A DNA stretch of 63,999 nucleotides, counting the filler, from Ionaspis alba (lineage: Eukaryota): the NCBI GenBank assembly GCA_964255285.1. It is 5 parts of 5 records of this genome, joined end to end, with 100 filler letters (N's around TTAATTAATTAA, not from the genome) between each part and the next. Parts side by side here need not be neighbours in the genome. Positions count along the whole stretch, not along the records: positions 27,027 to 40,420 come from CAXUUL010000463.1; positions 40,521 to 53,888 come from CAXUUL010000464.1; 3 more parts are not named here. One strand, given 5' to 3'. Under the pieces are notes generated by a model. It ran no database searches, had not been told where the DNA came from, and saw only the letters and a program-made list of their open reading frames with translations. Below are positions 38,589-50,441 of the stretch, piece by piece. Position numbers and translations under genes: made by a program. Within the stretch, counting starts at the first letter, position 1. Each line of letters starts with the position of its first letter.

Positions 38589-39166
38589 GGACGCTGCTGC
38601 TGTCGTGAGAACGTCGTAAAAATCGCATCACTCGAATCAAAGAAGGCGAAATTATTATTCTATCGATTCATGGAGATGAAAAGTGATGATGGTGGGTCGT
38701 GGTTTGATGGAAAGTTGCTGGGCGAGGATTTCTGTAGATTGCGACCGGCGAAAGGTTTGGGTAGCGATCTTTGCGGGCGTTGTTGCAGGCACTGGCTCTC
38801 TGGCTGTCTGGGCCTTGGGGGGGTTGAGAGTAAGGAGCGGGAATGACGGACGGGGCAAAGCAGGCGTATTGTGCAAGGTTCCTGGGCAAATCAACCAACA
38901 AACTTAGGCTTGGAGTGGTTTGGCGTGAATTTGGTTGCCGAAATTCAATATCAGTCAGATTCCTGACGATCCTTGTTGTGCCGTCATTCGCTTCATTGCT
39001 GCTGGAGTCGTGATATTCAATCCACAAAATTCAGCTCGCGGCTACCTAATCCTAGGGCTTCACGACTCTTCCCTATCCATTCTAGTGCTTTATAACCTCT
39101 TCAGACTCGCGATCACGCTACTACTATCATCACGACACATCCTCAAGAACAGTAGCCGCCGCAATC

Positions 39167-40102
39167 GTGGCGTCCGCAAATCAAGCAGCGCTGTATGATG
39201 CGCGGAGACGGGCGGGGGGCTCCAGCAGCCAAACATTGGAGACTATAGTGCAGGGTTCCAATTGTGCGTCCAAAGACCCAGATTTCTCCGCAGTAACACC
39301 GGATTCGCGCTGACAGTGAGTCCACGAGAAGTCGACCGCGATGAAGTCGATAGACTGCGGAAACGCTTTATGAAGCTTGACAAGGTGCGTGTGATTCTGG
39401 GACCAACACAATCGGCAGCGCAAGAGCAAACATAACTGATACCGGATGCAGGACAACTCTGGCACAATCGAGCGCGACGAGTTTCTCTCCCTCCCCCAGG
39501 TCTCCTCTAACCCATTAGCTACCCGGTACCTGACTCCACCTCCCCATCACCACCTTCTCACTAACCACCCTATTCGCTCCGCAGCATGATAGCCATCTTC
39601 GACGAGGATGGTGGTGGGGATGTCGATTTCCAAGAGTTCGTCTCGGGCTTATCAGCGTTCAGCTCGAAGGGGAATAAAGAGGAGAAGCTGCGATTTGCAT
39701 TCAAGGTCTATGATATCGATCGGGATGGGTACATCAGTAATGGAGAACTGTTCATCGTGCTCAAGATGATGGTGGGGAGTAATTTGAAGGATATGCAATT
39801 GCAGCAGGTAAGTCTTCTAAACTTGTGCAAGTGTTAGGGGGATGAAGAAATTTGAGATGAAACAGGATTGGTATGTCTTTGACTGGTGGTGGCTGACGTT
39901 CGCCGTTCCGGGAAACAGATTGTGGATAAGACTATCATGGAGGCGGACAAGGACAGAGATGGCAAGATCTCGTTTGATGAATTTACGAAGATGGTGGAGA
40001 ATACGGACGTTAGTATGAGCATGACACTTGGTACGTGCCGATTCTCCTCGTACCTTCGGAACTGAAGAGGGCCTCCTAACATCCTTTCTAGATCAGTTCT
40101 AG
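39167..40102 (+). CDS. CNB1: Calcineurin regulatory subunit B; start codon uncertain (no in-frame ATG, candidate GTG at 39167)
   Basis: ..[69 protein letters not shown]...[13 protein letters not shown].../[22 protein letters not shown]...SMTL/DQF*; four EF hands. Confidence 0.95.
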
Positions 40103-40420
40103 GTATAGATCACATAGAATCAGGCGTCCATCAACATTACCGGTCTCTAGCACAATCGGAAATGGTTTAGGAATGATGCTTTGACGTTGACAGAGGCTCC
40201 AATCTATCCGTTCGTGGAGTACTAACCGGACTTAAGCCCCTTTACCTAGCTCGTTACGATATAAGATTATTGTGCTTTATTCCTTCAAGGAAGTATCATC
40301 GAATCTCTGCTACAGAAAGATGATATTCTTCATATTGGCGGAGGCTGTACCGTGATCGTTTTTCAATGGCTGCTCTATGATCCAATCTATAACCTTTCTC
40401 CCTTGTTCAAGATTCCTATC

Positions 40421-40520
40421 NNNNNNNNNNNNNNNNNNNNNNNNNNNNNNNNNNNNNNNNNNNNTTAATTAATTAANNNNNNNNNNNNNNNNNNNNNNNN
40501 NNNNNNNNNNNNNNNNNNNN
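40421..40520. other. Artificial scaffold-joining linker N44-TTAATTAATTAA-N44
   Basis: 12-mer at 40465-40476. Confidence 0.97.
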
Positions 40521-41135
40521 CAAGTGACGACTTCTAGACCAAGAGAGTGTATATTTGCAGGTCGACTTGAACGGGTATGGAAGGACTATAGAGGGCGGTA
40601 TCTCGATGTCTTAGGCGGGACTGGACCGTGGATGCGCTGCACTTTGTGACAGTGCAAGGTTTCGAGGTGTTTGAGGTAACTTTCGAGGATATCTTGGAGT
40701 TGATCAGCGTTACAAATATCGGCTACCGAAGGAGGTAGAGAGGATCAAATCTCATTGGGCAAGAACAAAATCGAGTCTTCAAGCAAGCCGATATCATGAG
40801 TCCTCCTTTCGCGTGTGGGTCACCATTGAGGCATACATGCGAATGAATTGTTGAGTTGCAGAGTTTTGTAGTAAATGAGTAAGACACAAGGCGGCAAAAA
40901 AGTCACCGGAAGTGAAGAACACGTCTTAGATTTCCGTAACACGATTTGCCATGGAGTATACTTTAACCTGCCCGCCCATGTAGGGTTGTACAATTCTCAG
41001 ATGAGTTCAGAAAAACCGATGTCACGAAAGCTATGCAGGTACCAGTACATAGTCTGTGTCAGGGAGCCATTTACAGGTGAAGGGTACGGCAAACATTGCG
41101 AACAGAGGTGACAAACGACCACCTCGTAGCAAAGC

Positions 41136-42504
41136 TCACACTCTCAGCAGCTTAGCAGCATAGTTCGCAATCAAAGCCTCATCCGGGAACGCCATCTCCT
41201 CCAACTTTTGAGCATACGGCGTCGGTACCTCAGCTCCCGTTACTCTGACCGCTGGAGCATCCAGGTAGTCGAAAGCGTACTCCATCGTCAATGCCAGTAT
41301 CTCAGATGCGACACCGAAACTTGGGAAGCCACTCTCCACAGCCATTAGGTGGCCGGTCTTCTTCACTGACTTAACTATAGCCTCGACGTCCATCGGTTTT
41401 ACAGAGCGAAGGTTGATGACTTCGGCTTCGACACCGTATTGTTTTTGGAGCTGCTCCGCCGCTACGAGAGATTGACCGACACACCGGGAGAGGGTGACGA
41501 TGGTCAGATCCTTGCCTGGTCGCTCGATCTTCGCTTTGCCAAAGGGAAGGACGAAGTCGTCCTTTTGGGCGGCTTCCGACATGGGGAACTGTGTACCATA
41601 TAGAAGTCTGAATTCCGTCAGCCAGTCTTAATCAAGGACCAGCGAAAGCTGGACATACTCGTTCTCGAGCACGACCACCGGGTTGGGATCTCTAATCGCA
41701 GCCTTCAACAGGCCCTTGGCGTCTTCTGAGCTCCAAGGCGCAACGACCTTGAGGCCTGGTATACTGCCATACCAACTCGAGTAATCTTGTGAATGCTGCG
41801 CGGCTACGCCAGCGGCAAAGCCATTGGGTCCTCGAAAAGTGATATTGCAGGGTTGGATCCCGCCGGACATGTAGTGTGTTTTGGCGGCAGAGTTAATGAT
41901 TTGGTCGATTGCTTGCATAGCAAAATTGAAGGTCATGAATTCGCACTAAGAAGGAATTGTCAGTTCATGCGCCTGAGCTAAAGGGTAAAGGAATTGGCGT
42001 ACCACAGGGTGCAGGCCGTTCAAGGCTGCGCCGACCGTGAGACCGCAGAAACCAGACTCGGTGATAGGACTGTCGATGACTCTCTTCTCGCCAAATCGAT
42101 CTAGTAATCCTTTCGTGACCTTGTACCTGCAATCCCCCCCGTTCCATTAGCTGCTGAGCAGAGAAGCACATGTAACTCAGGACACAGCGAATGATTAACA
42201 ATGCCATATTTTGTAGCTGTGCTTCACCCACAGCTTTGAAGAGGTAAACTCACGCTCCATTATATTGTGCAACCTCCTCGCCCAGTACGAACACCTTGGG
42301 GTTAGCTTCAAGTTCCTCGGCCAATGCTTCGTTCAGCGCATCTCTCACGGCCACCTCTTTGACCCCACTAGGCGTGGCATATCTCCTCTTGTTCGTTATT
42401 GTAGGTAGTGCCGTCAGTGGTGGAAATGCAGAGCGAGTGGTAGCTGGGATAGGTCGAGAAGCTAGCAGTCTTGATGCCGGACGTAGGAGACGTGGGGTGA
42501 CCAT
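41136..42504 (-). CDS. PDB1: Pyruvate dehydrogenase E1 beta subunit, mitochondrial
   Basis: Arg-rich presequence, [12 protein letters not shown]...[17 protein letters not shown]...[15 protein letters not shown]...[14 protein letters not shown]...[11 protein letters not shown]. Confidence 0.97.
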
Positions 42505-43192
42505 GGTAGAAATGCTGGACCGGAGATGGGGAGGAGCAGGAGGTGGACAGCTTCACGGGAAGAATTGAAGCTCCACAATTGGCTTTGGGAGAATGCGCGA
42601 AGCTGTTGACAATTGGAATTGGGTTGAGTTCACAGAAAATTGGGAGGATGCGGGAGGCTTCGGATTGCGCTAGAGCCCGCCTCAGCAGTCGTTGGGTTGC
42701 AGGGGTTGGGAAGTTTGCACTGTTTACATCCTCTCTTCGTTCTTCATAAAGTGCCCCGATAAAGCACTTTAAAGACTCCTATCTATGCATACTGGACCTC
42801 ATTCTAAAGCACCGGCGCACTGAACAAATGAAGCTTCGTCAGTGCTTCTGGTTGATTCTATATACATCCTATCTTTGCATTGCGTTAACAACATTCACCT
42901 GATAGTAGCATGGTTGCGCCTGTCGACTATCTCCTGTCTTACAAGCTCTTTGAAGCAGTGGATATACATAAGACAGGTTCGATCTTCATGCGATACTAGT
43001 ATTGGCCCTCAAGGTGGTTCAATACTTCAGCCGTGCAATATTGCCAGTGTTTCGGTGGATGGCGAATGCTTGCGCTCTCTTCGCAGAACGGACCGAAGAC
43101 TACAGCATTTGGTCCATTAAGACTTGCATGCGTCCCGAAATCGCTCGGGTGTAGCTTTGGTTGTAGAATCAAAATTGCTTCCACACTTCGCC

Positions 43193-44359
43193 TCAGTCTC
43201 CCGCGAGACTGGCATATTTGACATCGTCCTGACCTGGTGGAGGCGCAATAGCATCCATGTCGTCCGCACCATCTTCAATCTCGTGCGCACCTGGAGCTCC
43301 TTCAATTGATGCAGGCCCACCTCCATTCGCAGCTGCAATAGCAGCAGCAGTATCTCTTCCCTGCCTCGCCGTAGCTATCCTCTCTTCCTTCTCCATATTA
43401 TCCAATGGCCGTGGTCTTCCCCACTGAACGCGTAATGGACAGCCAGATATGACCGCTTTACCTTGACAGAACTCGGCGGCAGCTTCGGCACCTTCTCGCG
43501 TCGCATAGTTGATGAAGGCGCAATGAGCACGATGTGAGCAAACGACTGATCTGAGCGTGCCGAAGGGAGTGAAGAACGTCCGGATAGCATGTTCTGGTAA
43601 GTCATCTTCCACGCCTGTTACGAAAAGAGATGTGATGTTGCGGTCTCGGGGAGGTTGGATGTCCTGTGGTCCTGGTGGCAACTGTGCTGTGCCAGGGAAA
43701 CCACGTCCACCTCGTGCACCTCCTCGTCCTCCTCGCATAGGGCCACCTCTCCCGCCCGACTGTCCTCCACCTCTATTTGGCCTATTGTCGTGTGTCCGTA
43801 TTGGCCCTGGTGCAGCTGATATCCTCTTCTGCGCCTCTTCGCCGTTACCACTTCCAGCATTATCTTCCGACGCTTCTAGCCTTCTCTGTCTTTTGTAGTA
43901 CGGCTCACTGTTCGCTAATCGCCGCAGCAAGTCCATAGCCTTCTCGTCCGTCTTCTCATACTCTTCTAAACCACCTCGGCCTTCCTCGATCTCCTTCTCA
44001 TTCTCTTGGGCATAGTACTCTCTGTTGATACTGCTCTGCGGACCCGGCGCCACCATTTTGAGTGCTGCATCTCGGACGACTATTGGTAATCCAAATGAGA
44101 GATCGAGCATGCAGCACTGACAGCAGTTCTTTAATCGGGCACATGTGAGACAGATGTTGGTCCGCTTTGTCCGCGCCGTGCGATCCGCTTTCCAGGTAAA
44201 AATTGTAAACGGCCTTGTACAGATCTTACATTCCGCGCCATAATCTGACTTGAGCATCTGCACATATGGATTGTCCGGTAAGCAGTTTTCGCACACGCTG
44301 GGAAAGTCGGTGCTCTCATGGCCAGACCGGTTGATATCGTGCTTGATTTGGGGCGGCAT
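43193..44359 (-). CDS. SLT11: Pre-mRNA splicing factor Slt11/Ecm2 (RBM22)
   Basis: MPPQIKHD...FPSVCENCLPDNPYVQM...ECKICTRPFT...CARLKNCCQCCMLDL zinc region, RGG linker and RRM (SLFVTG...CAFINY). Confidence 0.95.
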   Translation of the reverse strand: MPPQIKHDINRSGHESTDFPSVCENCLPDNPYVQMLKSDYGAECKICTRPFTIFTWKADRTARTKRTNICLTCARLKNCCQCCMLDLSFGLPIVVRDAALKMVAPGPQSSINREYYAQENEKEIEEGRGGLEEYEKTDEKAMDLLRRLANSEPYYKRQRRLEASEDNAGSGNGEEAQKRISAAPGPIRTHDNRPNRGGGQSGGRGGPMRGGRGGARGGRGFPGTAQLPPGPQDIQPPRDRNITSLFVTGVEDDLPEHAIRTFFTPFGTLRSVVCSHRAHCAFINYATREGAEAAAEFCQGKAVISGCPLRVQWGRPRPLDNMEKEERIATARQGRDTAAAIAAANGGGPASIEGAPGAHEIEDGADDMDAIAPPPGQDDVKYASLAGD

Positions 44360-44755
44360 GATTGCAGAGAGGGAAACGGAGATTAGAAATCGGGCGAGGT
44401 GAGCGACTTTAGGCTCGACCGTGACCTGACACCGGCAAGATAAAGCGAGACTTCGAAGTTGTTGCTGAGAAAGCAAGAGCCGTCGGTTCTAGCAATCTGA
44501 TATGACGCTAGAAAGCACTAGCTCTCCGGATCGCACTTCGACTAATATGGACTAGCCAGCAGTTCCTGAATTGATGGACCCTTGAACCCTGGCAAAATAA
44601 ATTCTCGGAGCTTGAGGATTCCAAGCCGTTGAACATGGCCTGACATTTGCCCTATTCGCTCCTTCCTGGAGACCTACCTTTCTTGCCCGTCCCTTCACTC
44701 TCAAACCATCACAGATTCAACTCTGCGAACTTACTTTCTCTTATTATCCGTCAAA

Positions 44756-45950
44756 ATGGCACCAATTGCCCTTGAGAGCGAGGACCACACCCGCGATGCA
44801 GCCTTCAACAAGGCCATGCACGGCAAATCTTCCTCAGAGCGAGCAGGATTTATGTCTATGCTGAAAAAAGACCCCGCCGCTCAGAAAGCCGCAGTGGACG
44901 AGTACTTCAAGCATTGGGATAACAAGGCTGCTGATGTGGAGACTGCAGAGACGAGGGAGGCGAGGAAAGCAGAATACGCCACTCTTACCAGACAGTACGA
45001 TCCTCCCCATTGCAAGATTACATTGGCATTGGAAGTCTGACGAGGATTGCTACAGTTACTACAATCTCGCGACCGACCTCTACGAGTATGGCTGGGGAGC
45101 CTCCTTCCACTTCTGCCGCTTTGCCTACGGAGAAGGATTCTTCCAGGCCATTGCACGACATGAGCATTACCTAGCCCACATGATGGGTCTACGAGATGGG
45201 ATGAAAGTACTCGACGTCGGCTGCGGAGTTGGAGGACCAGCACGAGAGATTGCCAAATTCGCCGGCGTCAACATCGTCGGCTTGAACAACAACGACTACC
45301 AGATCGAGCGAGCAACGCGGTACGCAGCGAAAGAGGGTCTCTCGAACCAATTGAGCTTCACAAAAGGCGACTTCATGCAAATGTCCTTCCCGCCTAACAC
45401 CTTCGACGCCGTCTACGCCATCGAAGCTACCGTCCATGCCCCAAGCCTCGAAGGTGTCTACTCGCAGATCTTCCGCGTCTTGAAACCCGGTGGCACCTTC
45501 GGTGTTTATGAATGGCTCATGACAGAAAACTACGACAACGACAACCCGCGCCATCGAGAGATTCGCCTCGGGATCGAGCAAGGCGACGGCATTTCCAACA
45601 TGGTTAAGATCTCTGAGGCACTGGAGGCTATCAAAGCTGCAGGTTTCGTCCTTGAATATCACGAAGATCTGGCTGAGAGACAAGATGCGAGACCTTGGTA
45701 TTGGCCACTCTCGGGAGACTTCAGCATGATGGGTAGCATATGGGAGTTCTTGACGATCGCGAGGTTGCACAAGCTTGGGAGGGGAGCAATTCACAAGTTC
45801 GTGGGCGCTTTGGAGATGGTGGGTGTGGCATCAAAGGGGACGCAGAAGACTGCGGACAGTCTTGCGGTGGCGGCGGATAACCTGGTCGCAGGGGGAAAGC
45901 AGAAGCTTTTCACGCCGATGTATTTAATGGTTGCGAAGAAGCCTATGTGA
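44756..45950 (+). CDS. ERG6: Sterol 24-C-methyltransferase
   Basis: YYNLATDLYEYGWG.SFHFCRF, VLDVGCGVGGPAREI, YAIEATVHAP, LKPGGTFGVYEW, LFTPMYLMVAKKP; one intron near 44995-45055. Confidence 0.97.
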
Positions 45951-46559
45951 GTTGCATTCCGGGAGCACGGGTTAGAAAGGGAACATGAGCGTCGCGTTTC
46001 ATAGATATGTATATAAAGCGTTACATGTTTGAGCTTGGAAGTCTTATATATAATAGAAAACCTATAACTGCTTCTCTCTCAGGGCGGAAATGTGTTGATA
46101 CCGAGTAGCTTACCAACTTGCCTGTAACAAGCGCAGGTAATCTGTCCCACTATGCTCGACCAGGGAATCGAGCAGCTCGAGTCCTTGGAAGCAGATCACA
46201 TTTGCTTCATTCACGCTGCAGTATTGCTAAAGGGGCAATCCCCCATACTCAATACAAGCAGCTTGAGTTTTCGGGAGCAGATCATGCGACCCCACTGAAT
46301 GGTGCTGGGATGTTTCTTTTCATTCCTGCTGCGTGTCCAAACAGCCAGCAGGGACGGAAGTGAATCATCCTTGAAGGGCCTGGGAGGAGACAATCAATAT
46401 GAATTAGAAATACACACTCTAAGCACACTCGACAGGATATTCAGGCAGCCCGAAAGCTTACAAGGCCAGCAATGTCTTGGAAAGCCACTAGTACCTGCAA
46501 TGCTACATGTGCTCATCACGGCTTCCTGGACTTGCCCTTCATCGACAAGAGTGAGGCTT

Positions 46560-48111
46560 TTATAGCACTCCAAGGCTCTGAACGTCGGCGCTGACCGCCC
46601 TCCCTTCCACCATCTCTGCCACCACACAACCTGTGCCCAAGCTCATACTGATACCCCAAGGACCATGCCCAGCTGCAACCCACACACCGCCACCGTGGAT
46701 CGTCTTTGCTCCACCGAGAAATTTATCGTCGAGCTTTCCTATAAATGGTGCCCCTCGTGGTCCTACGGGCCGGAAGCACAAGCCTTCTCTCAAAATCTCA
46801 AGATCCCAATCCTCTTCATTCTTGTCCAAATGTTTGCTCCTAGCAATTTTCACATCTTCTATTTCTTTGCCTAATAACTCCCTCGCCTTATCTTTCAAGA
46901 TTGCAATGCAAGCTGGATCAATTTTCCTGCCGGTGGCCAGGTCAGGCAGGGGAATGTTCGCGTCGTTCAAACCTGCGATATAGATCTCGCCACCAGTACG
47001 AGAAAAGATCTCGGGACTCCATCCGCTAGCATCGGTAGTGTAGACCGCATGACAGGCCCCTTGCTGCGTTGTCCTCTTTACTATTGTGGCCTCACTACCG
47101 CCGTTTTGTAAGCCCAGCTCGTCACCGACTTTCCACCTCGGCGATCGTAATACTAACGAGTGGCCTGCCAAGCTCGTGATTGGAAGTTTCAAAGTGCTTC
47201 GAGGAAACAAAGTGTGCAGAACACGAGTGGTCCAGGCGCCGGCTGTAATAATGAGACGCGAACAGGGGATTGTTATTAATTCAGGCGAGGTAGTGGATGT
47301 GGAGGCAAGAGTGAGGGAGCAGAGGGTGCCGTCATGGTTGAGGCCGAGAGAAGTTGGTGAGCATTGTTGGTGCAGGTGGCAGCCGCGGGATAGAGCAGTA
47401 TCTAGAAGGAAACGCGAGAGTCGGAGAGGGTTTCTATGCTACTCGTCAGTATAGAACAATATCCGCTGTGGACCGGTGTAGCTGCATGGTATCTGAACAC
47501 GAACACTTGGGCTGTGCTGTCGCCGTCGCTGATCACTTCTATCGTATCACCCGCGCTTTGCCTCAACCACACCGGCCCTTTTCCCTTCACGGACTGATGC
47601 GTGCCCGCTGCTTCGACTCTGCTAGCTCCTTGCCGTAGCCAGTCATCTCCACGTTTTCCCCCCGTATTGACAAGTGATGTAGTAATGCTTCGGTAGTAGC
47701 CCCACTTTTCTGCGCCGTTGTGCTCTTCCGCAAGTTGCTTATGTAGGTCGAAGCTCAATGCGCCGAGGGATGCCGTGGACGAGCCAAACCAGTCTCGGGC
47801 GAGAAAGCCACCTGCATAGCCGGATGCAGAGGCGAAGAGCTCTGGCGACGACTCGATGATATGGATANNNNNNNNNNNNNNNNNNNNNNNNNNNNNNNNN
47901 NNNNNNNNNNNNNNNNNNNNNNNNNNNNNNNNNNNNNNNNNNNNNNNNNNNNNNNNNNNNNNNNNNNTGCATAGCCGGATGCAGAGGCGAAGAGCTCTGG
48001 CGACGACTCGATGATATGGATATTGGATGGAGAAGTTGTCGACGGAGCTTGCGACAAGTGGTAGGCCGTGGAGGAGCCAATGATTCCGGCGCCTATGATG
48101 ACTGTTGCCAT
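46560..48111 (-). CDS. FAD-dependent oxidoreductase, DAO family (Tda3-like); contains an assembly gap with false duplication
   Basis: VIIGAGIIG dinucleotide fold, ASASGYAGGFLA, TAQV/NPL, ITAGAWT, CFRP, AAGHGPWGISMSLGTG. Confidence 0.9.
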
Positions 48112-48382
48112 CCTTTGATTATTCGAGGTACCATATCCGGTCTTTCACCTGCGCCTTCTTTTTGAAATCAATCTTCCACCGCTCGTGGACAAAAATGCGA
48201 AGTTTCTGGATCATTGGCGAAAGTGCCCCACATTCTTCTAACGATTTGACGCTAAGACGTCTAGATCTGCAACGGAGTTCATTTCAAAATCACCGCATTT
48301 TCCGAGCCTATGAGATTGGACCTCATCGAAAAGTTTCTCGGAATTCAGAGACGTTCTTGGAAACAAACCCGCCTCATAGAGC

Positions 48383-49303
48383 ATGGCGAAAACGATTATC
48401 GTCACAGGCGCTTCGCGAGGTAGGGAAAAGATACCGAAAATACAATGCAAGCTAATCACTTCCGTGGCCAGGTATTGGGCTCGCAATCGCCAAATATCTG
48501 CTACAGGAAGGGAACAACGTGCTAATTCTCGCGAGGACCAATGCTCCATTGGAAGAACTTAGATCGAGGCATGCGAAACAAGTCCGGGTAATGACAGGAG
48601 ACATGGCCGACTTATCAATGGGCAAGGAAGCTGCAAAGTTCACCATAGCGGAATTCGGACAAATCGATGGCTTGATACTAAATCACGGAACGCTCTCTCC
48701 GGTCACACGAGTGTCCGACAGCGAAGCAGAAGACTGGAAACAGAGCTTCGATGTAAACTTTTTCAGTTGTGTTGCTTTTGTGAGTCTGGTGAACAAGGAT
48801 TATTGGCATCAAACCACTGATTATCCGCTAGGCACAAGCTGCGCTTCCTGCAATTCGCAAGGCTAAAGGTTGCATCTTGTTGACCTCTTCTGGTGCTGCG
48901 GCGCATTCATATAGTGCATGGGGCGCATACAGCGCTTCCAAGGCGGCGTTGAACAGCTTTGGTATGACGCTTGCCGTTGAGGAGCCAGACGTGACGAGCA
49001 TTTCTATTGCACCAGGAGTCGTCGACACCCAGATGCAGCAGGACATCCGTAATCAGCATTCATCGGCGATGGACGAGAACGACGCAGCCAGGTTCCATAG
49101 TCTGCACAAAGAGGGTGACCTGCTTAGACCGGAATACCCAGGCAATGTCATGGCACGGTTGGCCTTAGACCCTCCAAAGAAGTTGAGTGGGCAATTTCTA
49201 CGGTATGTCTTCGAAAACTACCATGCCAGCGATGCAAGTTCCGGGCTCTGCTGACGATACAAGGTGGAATCACGAGTCACTAACGGCGTTTCAAGACAAG
49301 TGA
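48383..49303 (+). CDS. Short-chain dehydrogenase/reductase (YIR035C/sepiapterin reductase-like), four exons
   Basis: IIVTGASR/GIG, LILNHG, SSGAA, YSASK, IAPGVVDTQMQ, GQFLR/WN. Confidence 0.92.
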
Positions 49304-50441
49304 AACCATTCATGTGATTCATGACGTCTGGAACTAAACATGGAAGATCTGTAGAGGTTGGGTCAGCGTAACTCTCGAAGTAATGTGAGTGAGACAGGTG
49401 CATAGAGATTTGCGCTTCAGTCGAAAGATGAAAAGTCTCGAAAAGGGTTTCAACAACCGGCCTCAAAGAGCCTTCAGTTTTAGCATAGAATATGTTGTGG
49501 CATCATAAGCCTTGCAGTGTAGCTCAAAGAGACATGAATAGAGCTAGCTTACCAGGTTCCAGCCAGACCAGAACAAATGTGCTCCCTAGAAATCACCTAT
49601 GAGGAGTCAGACTTATACTCCTGCGGAAACCGAGCCATGTCTTTGCGCTGAATGAAGCCACGTCAGGTAATCGAACCAGTTTGTTAATCATGAGAAATCA
49701 TTATTTGATAGTACTTGAGTGTTGATCATCATAAATGTGGACGAAATGCGAGCATAGTATAACGTCGTGGAAACAACTTACTTGAATCTTACCAATCCTC
49801 AGAGCAATTTCGCAAGTCTGCGCCATTGTCAGCATCCTAAGCTGACTTCAATAGCATAGCAAGCAGCATGTGGATAACATGATCAGAAAGTCCGTTTGGT
49901 TGAGACAGGCGATGTCACCACTGGAGCAATAGCTCGATGGTCTGACTGGGGCGGCCCAGTATTCATCACGATAGTATGGGAGGGAGAATTTGGCAGATGT
50001 GCAAGATCGAGCATTGGAATTGCTTACCATTTCGTCCCACATGGTAAAGATCGTTCTCAGCTTTAGCCGCACTCGCGCTCAAACCTTGAGCGCAAGGTCT
50101 GGCGACATTGGAATATATCAAATTTCATCCTCGAACAGAGATGCTCGATTGAAGCACCCTCAAAAAAAACTCGTTGGGTTCTTGGTATCAAAAAAGGACA
50201 GAAATCTGTTAGATTAGTAAAAATGGTCGCTTTTGGGGGTCACCGGAGTAATATGCCGAAAAGATCAACTGTGGCTAGAGGTAACTTACTGCATCCAGCT
50301 TAGTAATAACTTCAACGCCCCGCGTAGGCACGAAAATCTTGAGCAAAACAACAGATCCTGTATCCAAAGTTGCACTTAAGCCAGCATCGACCTATCGTCT
50401 CGCGTTAGCAACATCCACTTTAACGCCTGCCAATCTTTACC

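Noticed and set aside
44756..49303. ERG6 + FAD oxidoreductase + SDR as a biosynthetic gene cluster
   Set aside because: No backbone enzyme, transporter or regulator; all three resemble broadly conserved housekeeping genes.
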